Source: Reclinomonas americana ATCC 50394 (lineage: Eukaryota). From it: DNA of 64,000 nt. Under the pieces are notes generated by a model. The model made no database searches and had not been told where the DNA came from. It saw nothing but the letters and a program-made list of their open reading frames with translations. The stretch spans positions 64,180 through 128,179 of the forward strand of contig PS015088.1 of NCBI GenBank assembly GCA_048213135.1, written 5' to 3'. This document shows positions 1 to 11,908 of the stretch, in pieces; position 1 is the first letter of the stretch, and each line of letters opens with the position of its first letter. The position numbers and the translations under genes were made by a program.

Positions 1-894
1 AGCGTGGGAAGGGGAAGGGGGGTGTGAGGGAGAAGGGAGGAGAGGGAAGGGAGGGAGGGAGGGAGAGGGGGAGGAGCTGTCTCTCTGTGTGCGTTGAAGC
101 GATTGCAGTTGTCTTCAGGCTGTTTGGCAGGTTCTTCTTCTTCTTGTTGTTCTTCTTGTTCTTTCTTGTTCTTTCTTGCTCTTGTTGTTCCTGTTCTTGT
201 TTTTCTTCTTCTTCCTATCCTCCTTCTTCTTCCCCTCCTTCTTCCCCTCCCTCTTCCTCTCCCTCTTCTTCTTCTTCTTCATCCTTCTTGGTCCTGTTCT
301 TGTTCTTGTTCTTCTTCTGTTCTTGTTTTTCGTCTTCCTCTGTCTTCTTGTTGTTCTTGACCTGCTCTTCTTGTTCTTGTTCTTGTTCTTTTCTTCTTCT
401 TGCTGTTCTTCATCTTGTTTTTCTTCGTCTCTGTCGTTCCCCCTCTTCCCCCTGTTCTTCTTCGTCTTTCTTCTTCTCCTCCTCCTGGCCTTCATTTTTC
501 TGTCCATGATCGTCTTGTTCTTCTTCTTTTACCTCTGGCCTTGTTGTTCTTGTCCTTGTTCTTCTTGTTGTTGTTGTTGATGTTCTTCTTCTTCCCTCAC
601 CTCCTGCATCCTCTTTTCCATGATCTTAATCTTCTTCCCCTCTTTTTCTTTTTCTCCTCCTTCTCCCGCTTTTCCCGTCTGTTTTCTTCTGGTTGTTGCT
701 GTTTTTGTTGTTCTTGTTCTTGTTCTTGTTCTTCTTGTTCTTCTTCTCCTTCTTCTTCTTGTTCTTCTCCTTCTTCTTCTTTTCTTCTTCTTGTTCTTCT
801 TCTTCTCTTCTTTCTTCTTCTTCTTCTCTCTCTCTCTCTCCTCCTCCTCCTCCTCCTCCTCCTCCTCCTCCTCCTCCTCCTCCTCCTCCTCCTC

Positions 895-952
<58 letters not shown>

Positions 953-1094
953 TCTCTCTCGCCAGCACTCTCATCCTCTCAGTGCCAGTGGAGTCTCTCG
1001 AAGGTTTCATTCCTTCGTTCTCGTCATCCGCTTCTGTTACCCCCTTTCCTCTCCTCACTCAACTCCCTCACCCCCTCCCTTCCCCTCTTTCCAG

Positions 1095-1722
1095 GTCCTC
1101 GCCGGCGCCAACAAAGAAGCCATTGCCGTCGCGCACGCCGCCGGTGCCGACTTTGTGCGCGTCGAGGGCTTTGTGTTCTCGCACGTGGCCGACGAGGGTC
1201 TCTTTGCGGTCGCCGACGCTGGTCGCCTCTTGCGCTACCGCCGACACATTGGCGCGGAGAATGTGCGAATCTTTGCCGACATTAAGAAGAAGCACTCGTC
1301 GCACGCCATCACCGCCGGTCTGCCATCTCCTCTTTCTGTTTCTCGTAACAGGTCGCCTCACTGTCTCACCCGCAGACGTGGACATCGGCGAAATGGCCAA
1401 GGCCGCCGACTTTTTCCTCGCCGACGGCGTCATTGTCACGGGCCTGGCCACGGGCATGGCCGCCGACGAAAAGGCGATTGCGCGCACGGCCACGGCCGCC
1501 GCCTCATCACCCTCGCACATGACGGTGCTGGTGGGCTCCGGTGCGACTCCGGAGAACCTGGCGCAGTACTTTGCCGCCGGTGCCGATGCGGTCATTGTCG
1601 GCTCGTACATCAAGAGCGGCGGTTCGTGGGAGGGTGAGATCGACAAGGCGCGCTGCGAGGCCATTCTGGCCGCACGCGAGGCGTATGTGAAGAAGGGGTC
1701 GCAGATGAGGGCGAAATTGTGA
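1095..1722 (+). CDS. BtpA/SgcQ-family TIM-barrel protein, last two exons (5' part upstream or not resolved)
   Basis: Exon 1095-1317 VLAGANKEAIAVAHAAGADFVRVEGFVFSHVADEG...IFADIKKKHSSHAITA, GT-AG intron 1318-1375, exon 1376-1722 DVDIGEMAKAADFFLADGVIVTGLATG...VLVGSGATPENL...ADAVIVGSYIK, stop TGA. ADIKKKH, DGVIVTG and VGSG are BtpA-family motifs. Confidence 0.85.
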
Positions 1723-2179
1723 GTGAATAGGGGGGCAAGGATGTGGCAAAAGGATCGGAGGTAAAATGATGAACAAGGGGGTCAGAGAAGCAGCACTGAC
1801 ATACACAGAGGAGTGCAATCAGGATCGGGACCGTCATTGCATGACGCTCAGTGACTGCCTGGAAGAATGGAACTGGGCTTGTGGTGATTGAGCGGTCGAC
1901 TGACAACGGCATCGGGTCACTGTTCTTCGACAATCAACGAAGTTTATTTTGATTTGATTTTTTGATCTGGCAGCCTCAATGTTGGCACCACGTGCCTCAC
2001 TCTCTCTCCTCGCACACACAGACACACTTTCTTCCACAGCCCGCCCTCTCTCTTTCCCTTCTCTTTCTCTCTTTCTTTCCATTTCTTCCCCACTCTCCAC
2101 CTCCCCCCTCTCCATGAAATTCCGTTTCATACCTACATTGATTTTTCGCACCCCAACAGCCTAACCGCGGCGCACCCAC

Positions 2180-3725
2180 TTAAGAGTGTGCTGCGGCCCC
2201 TTCCTCTCCCTCACCACCCTCCGCTAATGATGCGGGTACTACCATTTCCTCATCGATTCCACTCTCTGCACCCTCCATCTCCTGCCGTGCCGGTGCGGCG
2301 GGTGGAGCTGGTGGTGGCGGTGGTGGCTCAGCGGGCGAATCCTCCGTCGACGATGGACTCCTCGATGGGTTCGTGGGAGTCGTCACCGACGAGACCACCG
2401 TCGGCGATTTGCCGCCCGTGGCCGCCTGCTGGTGGTGCACGCGCTCCATGATGGCTGCCAGTCGCTGTGCCTCCTCCGTGTCCTCACCATCGCCCGGTAT
2501 ATCACGCAGGTGCACCAGCGAGCCCCAGCGCGGTGGCGCCATTTGCGTTCGCTCACTGTGAGCAGGCGGGTGTTAATTGACTTGCATTTGGAGGGAAGGG
2601 AAGCAAGCGTATGCAACTTGGAGTTTTTGCGAGGCGGTATGATGGGTGCCACAGGTAGAGGGTTGGGTGAGATGAGCTGCGGATTGGGAGACGGAGAGTG
2701 AGAACAGTGGAGTCGTATGGGAGGTAAAGCAGGTCAGAAAGTTACCTTCTCCCACAGCGGCGCATTGTACACCCGGAAACTCTCCGACACGCGCTGCTGC
2801 TCCTCCGGAGTGAACTGGAGGAGGGAGCTGATGACAGGCAGCATGGACTGCAACGGAGAGAGGTGTCAGATATCAAAGGGAAGAAAAGTACGAGAGACCG
2901 AAAAACAAGGCAAGAAAGAAACGAGCACTCTCAGACAGCTGCAGTTAGTCTCATTCAGCAAGAGCTGAATAACTTGCTGTTCTCCACATGCTCCGACTCT
3001 CTGTCTTCTCCGACACGCACTTTGCTGGGTCTCAGTCACCCCTCCTGTCCGTGCGCCTCCTCACACACATCCGATTTCTCTTCACGCTATCCTGTCCTCC
3101 CCTTCCTAAATTCTCATCTCAGTTCCTCTCTACACTCTCTGTGCGTCAGAATGTCGCTCAGGATTACGCTGGTCCTTTCGCTGCACTCTTGACTTCTCAC
3201 TCCTTTTTGTCTCTTCCCATTCTGCAACCTATTCTCAAAACCACATCCATTCACTTCCCTCTGCCTGTCAGACTGCCACTCTCAGTTGTACGTTGTCTCA
3301 ATCTCACTCCCTCTGACGCGCCAAGACTCTCTGCATATCCCAATTCTCATTTCAGTTCTTCTCTCTGCTCTCAGTGCGTCAGAATGTCGCTCAGGATCAC
3401 GCTGGCCCTTTCGATGCACTCTTGACTTCTCACTCCTTTTTGTCTCTTCCCATTCTGCAACCTATTCTCAAAACCACATCCCATCATTTCCCTCTGCCAG
3501 TCAGACTGCCGCTCCCAGTTGTACGATGTCTCATTCCCCCTCCCTCCGACGCACCAAGAGTCTCTGCATATCCCAATACTCATCGCAGTATCTCTGTTTC
3601 TCTCTCTGTTATGAACGCGCTTTCGGTCTCGCGGCATCCTCCTCATTCCCTTTTCTCTTCCTACTCATTCACTTTTTTCTTTCCCCATTCAAATCGGCAT
3701 TCCTCCCCGCTTTCTCTCTCTCCCT

Positions 3726-3785
<60 letters not shown>

Positions 3786-4018
3786 GTCGTCGTCTCGTCG
3801 TCGTACGTACGTACGTACGTACGTCGTACGTCGTACGTACGTACGACGGTACGACGGTACGTAACGGTANNNNNNNNNNNNNNNNNNNNNNNNNNNNNTC
3901 GTTCGTCGTCGCGCGCTCTCCTCCTCTCCTTTCCTTTCCTTCCTTACCTCTACTCTACTTTTCTTTTCCCTTCCTCTAACTACGCGCCTCTCCTCCTCTC
4001 TCTCTCCTCCCTCCCTCC

Positions 4019-4055
<37 letters not shown>

Positions 4056-7000
4056 GTTCCCCTCGTTTCTGGTAAGGTCTACCAGCGCAGCACTCCCTTT
4101 CTGCCGCCGTAGTAATCCTCTTCCCTCCGTATCCAAAATACCATCCCTTCATCGTCTTTCCCACCCTCCCTTCCTTTCCTCCCTTCCCTCTTTCCCCCTC
4201 TTCCCACCTTTCCCAAACAAAATCACACGCCTCTCCCTTTTTCTTTGAACCTTCCCTCTCTCCCTTCCCTCCCTTCCCCTCCCCTCTCTCCCTTTCCTCC
4301 CTTTCCCTTTCCTTTCCCCCCTCACTCACCGCCTGAATATCCGAGTCATTCGCCTCAAAGAACTTGATCATCACATTCTTCAGATACTCCATGTCCACAA
4401 TGTCGCGGTTGATCATCTTCTCCAGCTTGCGAATCTCTGTCTTCAAGAACTTCTCCTGCTCCATGCGCAGCTGATGCATGTGCTCGCTGTCCAGCAGCGC
4501 CCTCCGCAGAATTCTGCAGACACATGGAAGTGAGATGCACGCGCAACAAGCTAGTGATCGTTTTGGCGAGTACGCAACTCGGCCTCCTCCAACGCCTGGC
4601 GCAGCGACTCGTCGCGCTGCGATTGCAGCTGCGCAAAGTACTCCACCTGTTGATCGATGTTACCGTCACCCGCTGCATCGTTGGAACACGGTGAGTGACA
4701 CAAAACAACCACGTGATGGACCAGGCAAAAACGAAACCTGGAGGCGGTCGCGTTCTCGTCGGCGTCGACAACTCGTGCATCCGGCTGACATAGCTCCGAT
4801 CGTGTCCATCAAGCAGACCGCCATCTATTGTCTGTACACCAATGTGCTTGACCTCCACAGTCGGACGCGAGGCACCAGGAGAGCCAAGCGCGGCGGCAGT
4901 CGACAAGCGACGACCTGGAGAGCGGATGAGGGTGGAGGCAGAGAAAATGAAGCAAGATAATTCACACTCACCATCCTCGCTCACTCCACCAGCGCTGCTT
5001 CCTGTAGCCGCGCCACTCCTGCTCGCGCCCTGTTTTAAGTCGTGTGAGTCATGGAGTGCGATCAACTCCACACCTCTCCTCTTTCTCAGCTCACCGCTCG
5101 AGGTTTCTCTCCCTCGCCAGCCGTCGTGCGCGCAGGAATCACACCTGTGGCAATGGAATAAGGATTCTGATGGAGACAGACAAGTGTCTCCTTTGCCAGC
5201 GACTTACCCAATGTCAATCTCTGCATTTCCTCCTCCTCCGTCGGCTTGGCCGGCGGCTCCTCCTCTGGCGACTCCTCGTCGGAGATCACGCCGCCAAGTG
5301 CACGCAATCGCTCGCCATACTTTCGGCGAACACGCGCCACCTCGCGATCTTTGTCGGTCGACGACTTGCGATTGCGTTCGCGCAGCGTGCGAATCTCGGA
5401 GCGGAACTCTTCGCAGCGCAACGCTTGTTGCTGCTGCAGGTCAGTGACCTCTGCGCGAAAAAAAGGAGAAATGAGAAGAAAGCGGACACGTCGTATGAGA
5501 GAGATTTGGAGTGACGAACCCTTCAAATGCACGGCGTGCGCTTCAGTGGCGCGCGTCTCTGCCTCCTCCTTCTGCGCCGCCATGGCACGATCCATGTCGC
5601 GCATTTGTGCTTCCAACTTCTCAGCCTGTCGAAAGATTGATGAGGTTCGACAAGGAATGGGGAAAAGCGATGTGTTCACGACGCACCCGAATGTTCGCCA
5701 GGTCGCGCTCCTGCTCCAACTGACGCTGCTTGGAGAAGTGATCCTCGGTGTGATGTTGCATCTCCTTGGTCAGTGCCTCGTAGTCGTTCAACTGTGCAGA
5801 GGTGAGTGAGACGAGAGATCGCCTACAAAGGGAGGCAACCATTACGTGGCTGCACAAACCGATGCATTGAGCTTGAAGATCTTCTCCTGCGCCAACTGCT
5901 CGGCACGTGTGGCATCATCCAGCTGCTTGGCCAGCGCCGCACAGTCTTCGGTCTTCTGCTTGAGAGCTGCCACTGCGCGGGTCTTGTACCGCTGTCCCTC
6001 CTCGGCAACTTGCGCCGCTCGCGCCTCGGCCTCGTCGATGCGTTTGCGCTGCGAGCGAGAGAGAGAGAAACGAATGAGTGTCCCGCAGGCGCAAGTACGA
6101 GTCCCGTTTCACAACTCAGCTCTCAACCACTCCTCTCTCTCTCTTCTCGCTCACTCTCTCATTTCTCTTATACTCTTTCTCTGTCCAGCACACACACGTT
6201 GCGTTCTCTCTTTTCAATCGGTATCATCCAACTCTTTCTGCCTGCATTCTGCGAAATCTCTCTTTTGCAGAACAAGTATTACGAGAACGGGATCAAGCGC
6301 TCGCTACAAAGATCAATGAGATCATACAGAAGATGGATAGTGAGTACGAGTGGGTCACACTAATAGAGAACAACAGGGAGAGTGCGCACGAGCGAACAAG
6401 AGCAAGTGAGCGCAACAACGCGTATTGGTGCAAGAGCACGATCATGTGTTGCTCTGCCTCCATTTCTCTGTACATCACAGCTTCCTTCTTTCTCTCTCTC
6501 TCTCTCTCTCACTCACTGCCACAGTCCACCTTTCTACATCACAGCTTCCTTCTTATTCTCAGCCCATCCCTATCAGTCTCATTCTTACTTTGCATGAGTT
6601 TCCTCGCCCTCTCATTTCCTTCTCTCTCTCTTTCTCGCCAGAAATCTGTTAATCCTTCTCAGCCCCTTCCCTTCCTCCAACCCCATTCCCTTCTCCCATC
6701 CCCCCATCCCCCATCCCATTCCCCCTATCTCACCATGCGAGCCTCCATGATAATCATGTCCTGCTCGGAGCGCAGGCGCGACACGCCCTGCAGCAAGCTC
6801 TGCATCTGCGCAGGCGTATCCGCGACACCACGGTAATAGTCCTCCGCCAGCACCCAGGCCTCTGGCTGCTGTACTTCGGCGTCAGGCGTCACCAGAATCC
6901 ACGTGCGCTGCTTGAACTCGAAGCAATTCGTCACGTTCCAGCCAGCCTTGCGCGCACTCGGTCGCTCCAGCTGCGACAGGATGAACAAAAGGTAAGTGCG

Positions 7001-7514
7001 GAGGAAGGAGGATTGAGAGAGACTTGTTGCAGTGTGCATGCATCACCTCGCGCTGTCGGAGTGCGGTGAGTTCCTCGGTCAGCTGCGCATGCTCAGTTTC
7101 AAGGCGAGCAATCTCCGTCGCTTGGTCTGCACAAGGAACAGAGCAATAAGCAGCGTGCAAGATGTGAAAACTGATGTTGCACATTAACCAGAGGTGATCT
7201 CCTCCACTTTCTGCTTCCACTGCTGCATGCGCTGCTCGTTGGAGGCAACCTTGCCCCGCAAGTCCGCCAGTTCCACATCTGCAGTGAAGGGAATGAGCAG
7301 TCAGAAACACAAGCACTCTCTCACTTTCTCTCTCACACACACAAGAACACACAAAGTCTCTCTCACAGACACGCACACGAAAGCACACACACCAGAACAC
7401 ACATAATAACACGCAAAAGCCGCCTAACACGCATGATTCAACAAATTCAGATCAAAATCTAGAAGCCCACCGCAAGGTGATGATGATCGAGAGAGCCATG
7501 CACATAGATCCCAC

Positions 7515-7563
<49 letters not shown>

Positions 7564-7606
7564 GTACACGACGACGACGACGTACGNNNNNNNNNNNNNN
7601 NNNNNN

Positions 7607-7640
<34 letters not shown>

Positions 7641-7699
7641 CTTCTTCTTCTTACTTCTCCTCCTCCTCCTCCTCCTCTCTCTCTCTCTCTTCTCTCCTC

Positions 7700-7739
<40 letters not shown>

Positions 7740-10700
7740 TCGTCTCTCTCTCCTCCTCTCTCTCTCTCTTCCAGTCCTCTATCCCTCTCCCTCTCTCCCC
7801 TTCACCCCCCTGCCTCCCTCTCCCTCTCACTTCCCCTTCCCCCCTTCCTACCCTTGGCCTCGTTCTCCGACTTTTCAACAACAAATGCCGCCTGCAGCTG
7901 ATCAAAGTTGGAGCGAATCGACTCCATTTCTGCGGAAGAGACAGGTCATTGGCGATTGAGACCACATCGAGCTCTACAACTGCATCACCTTGGTTCAGCG
8001 AAGCAATCATCGTATCCTTTTCTGAGCCAGCTGAAGCTGCAGCAGAGATATTTGTTCAGTCTCTAATCCCACCACGATGATATTTCAAACCCGACGGAGG
8101 TGTACCTGTCGCAGCGGTCGACTTGAGTGCCTCCACGCGCTGCTCGACAACTTGCACGCGAGCAGCGAGTGCACTCAATTCGGCAGCGGGTGCCTGCAGC
8201 GGTCCACTGACGCTGCCCTCATCTTCGGCAGAGATCACGACCAGTCGCTTGGCGCACTCGCGCACCGCCTTGCTGATCTGCTCCGTCTGCGCCGCCCACG
8301 CCTGAGCAGCAACATCTGCGGCCAACAGTAATGAGCATTCGTCACTCTCGACCACAGAGAGACACCCGTCACCCAACCTTTCTCGTGTGCAAGCGCCGCC
8401 AACTCAGCGTCCTTGTGATCAATCTCCTCACGCGCTCGCGCCTGCCACGACTTGGTCTTTGCACGCAGTGTCTCCAAGGCCTGTGCGGCATCGGCGGACT
8501 CCTTTTGTGCTGCCTCCAGCTGCTGAGACACCTGAAAATCGCAGGAAAGTCAGGAATGGACACGCTACGCTCATTGCAAAATAAAATGCAGTAAACCGCA
8601 CCTCGCTCACTTGCTGTCTGGCTTCGGTGAGCTCCTGTGAGAAGTAGCGGTGAGAATCAGCCACACAAAAGGGCGGTAAAAAATAAACACACCGCCTCGA
8701 GCACGGCCCTCTCCTCGCTCGACACACGGGCCTGCTCTTCGACTTCTGCAAGTCGCGACTTGGCTGCGGACGCCTCCTCGGTCGCACCTCGGACCTCCTC
8801 CTCCAATTGCGCAAGTCGCGCTGCACTGGCACCGCCAGCTTCAGTTGCCAACCGAGCTTGCTGCTCCATTTCCGCCAGTCGCGCCTTGGCCGCCTGCGCT
8901 TCCTCGGCGGCTGACCGAGCCTGTTCCTCCAACTGCGCCAGCCGTGCCGCACTGGCGCCACCAACCTCACTGGCCAGTCGAGCCTGCTCCTCCACCTCCA
9001 CCAACCGCGCCTTGGCAGCCTGCGTTTCCTCCGCAGACAACCGGGCCTGCTCCTCCATCTCCACCAACCGCGCCTTGGCCGCCTGTGCTTCCTCACTGGC
9101 CAGTCGAGCCTGCTCCTCCAAAGCCGCCAATCGTGCCTCACTGGCCCCACCGGCCTCGGTCGCCAGTCGAGCCTGCTCCTCCATCTCCACCAACCGCGCC
9201 TTGGCCACCTGCGCTTCCTCACTGGCCAGTCGAGCCTGCTCCTCCAAAGCCGCCAATCGTGCCTCACTGGCCCCACCGGCCTCTGTCGCCAGTCGAGCCT
9301 GCTGCTCCACCTCCGCGAGCCGCATCTTTGCAGCGCGTGCCTCCTCGCCTGCGGCGTGCACCTGCGCCTCCGCCTCCGCAAGCCGCGCTTCCACCTCCGC
9401 ACGTGCCTCCACCGCCACACGAGCGTGCTCCGCCACGGCGGCCAATTGCGCCTGCGCCGCCTGCTCCATCTCGGCGAGTCGCTCATGCGCTGCACTGGCA
9501 TTCTCCTCGGCCGCCAGCACCTCCTGCTCCAGCGCCGCCACGCGGGCTTGCGCGGCCGCCGTCTCATCGTGCGCGTGCTTCAAATCGCTGCGCAGCGCGT
9601 CGTGCCGGCCCGACATCTCCGACATTTGCTCATGCAACTTGGCCAGCGGCTCGGCGGCGACAACCTGCGCCGCCGCCTCGGCCAGCTGCTGTTCCACTGA
9701 GGCGGAGAGCGCCTGCGCCTCGGCGAGCTCATTCTCCGCCTGCAGTGCTCGCGCAGTGGCGTCCGCCAGCGCCGCATTCAGCTCGTCGACTTGCACCTCA
9801 GCGGCACTCTTGGCGGCCGTCACCTGCGCAATCAGCGCGGCCTGCTCGTGGAGGCGTGCATCCGCATTCTGTCGTGCCTCGATCAATTTCTGCTCCGTCT
9901 CGCGCGCCGCCTCCAACTCGGCCGTCAGGCGAGCCACCTGTTCGGCAGTATCGTGCGCCTCCTTTGCATGGCTCTCCAGTGTCGCGCGCAGCTCCTTGAC
10001 CTCCTTGTTGGCCGCCTTCAACACCTCCACTGCCGCGACGCGTGCGGCGGCGTGTTCCTCGGCCGACGCCAGTGCCGCATCCCGCTGCTGCACCAGCTCC
10101 TGCAGCTCCTCCTTGGCCTTGGCCACGGTGTTGCTGTGCTTGCTCTGCAGCGCCTCCACCTGCGCCGACAGCTCCACCACCTGCTGCTGTGCCTGTGCCA
10201 ACTGCGCCGCCTGCTCGGCCGAGCGTGCTTCGACCGCGGCTGCGCGCGCTGCCGCCTCCCCAGCCTCCGCCTCCTCCGAGTGCATGCGCGAGGCGTAGGA
10301 ATCGCGCTCCGCCACCACGCCGGCCAGTTGCACGTCGAGATCCTTGGTGCGCGTCGCCAGCGCATCGCGCTCCCCACTCAACGCCACCACCTGTGCATTC
10401 AACTGCGCCACCACCGCACTGAGGCGCTCCTGCTCCGCCGCCATCTCGCCCTTGGCGCTGGCCAGCGCATTCTCCAGCTGCGACACGGCCTGTCCGCCCT
10501 GTCGGAGCGTCGCTTGCAGCTGCTCAATGCGTGCGTCGCGCTCCGCCACGGCGGCGTCGCTGCTGGTGGTCAGCTGCGCAAAGTCGCCGCCCAGCACCTC
10601 CAGTCGCGACTGCAGCATGGTGCGCTCGGCGGCCAGCGTGTCCCGCTCGCGATTCGCCGCTTCCAGTTGCTCGCGCAACTCGCCGTGCGCCCCCAGCAGC

Positions 10701-11860
10701 TGGCGAATCTCCTCCTCGGCCGACGATTTTTCCTGCGCCGTCTGCTCCAGCTCCTCCTGCAGCGCCGCCAACTCAGACTTGTCGCCGGCCTGCTGCTGCT
10801 GCAGCAGACGTTGCAGCTCGGCTTGCAGATCGGCCAGTTGGCGGGCGTGCGCCTCGCGGGCGGCGTTGCCCTCGGCCACCAGGCGCTCCACTTCGGAGTC
10901 GCGGTCGGCGGTGACTTGCACGAGGCGTTCGAGGCGGGAGCGGAGTTTGATGTTGGCTTGGTCGAGTTCTTGGGATTTTTCGGTGGCCTGTGGGAGGGGA
11001 GGGAGGAAGGGGAAGGGTGGGTGGGGGAAGGGGGGAAGGGGGAAGGGGGAAGGGGGTAAGGGGGAAGGGGAAGGAGGAGTGAAGGAGGAAGGGAAATGGA
11101 GATGAAAGGGAAAGGGAGAGAAAGACGAAGGGAAACTACGGATGAGAGAAGCGGATGAAGAGAGGAAAGGCTGATAACAATAAGATCCAGAAGAGTGCGA
11201 AAGCATGCTGCCGAGTAACATGGCAACAATCATTAAACTGAGCAATGAGAGAGAGGAGGGAAGAATAAGAATGACAGCGAAAATATGCGACAGGAAGTGA
11301 GGAGCGTCAAAAGATAGCACGGAGAGATGAAGAGCGAGAAATAAGATTGTGATTGGAGAGGTAACACAACTCAAGTGGTGGCGAGTCAGTGGGGTGCCTG
11401 TGTGAGCAAGCAAGAAGGGAAAGATGAGGTGGAGAAAAGGACTGCATGTTAGTAAGTTTTGCAAGAGGAGTGGGAGAGAAAACAAGTACAGAGGAAGAGC
11501 ATGAGTGAGTAACAGTGTGGGACAGGTGATTACGGGTGAGACAGAGGCGGCAAGAATGAGAGTAAGAAAACAAGAGTGGAGAACAGCAGAGGTGAAAAAA
11601 GAGAGGGTACGGAAATAAGGAGAGGAGAGGGAAACTGACCGGACAGGACAGTGATGCAAGAGGAACACGACAAGGGGTGAGCAAGACAGAAAGACAGACA
11701 GACAGACAGAGAGACAGAGGGAGAGAAAGAGAGAGAGAGCAACAATGAAGAGTGGAAGAAGTCGGCTGGAGGGAAGAATTACCAACACGAGGGAAACCTC
11801 TGTAAATTCCAGAGAGATAGTTAAAATCGCAAGTGAAAGAGAGAGAGAGAGAGTGTGTGT

Positions 11861-11908
<48 letters not shown>

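Noticed and set aside
24-1090. Long ORFs rich in S/L/F/P or R/E/K
   Set aside because: Translations of (CTT)n/(CT)n intronic tracts that lack stops by composition; the same applies to most ORF-track entries in introns.
3781-3910. gtacgtacgt/cgtcgt-type repeats beside gaps (also ~39162, 41414-41830 and 42944-43006)
   Set aside because: They always abut N runs after microsatellites and cycle through T-A-C-G, as expected of low-quality pyrosequencing read tails. Probably artefact.
8637-11105. Long plus-strand ORFs (553, 422 and 384 aa)
   Set aside because: Antisense shadows of the GC-rich golgin exon on the minus strand.
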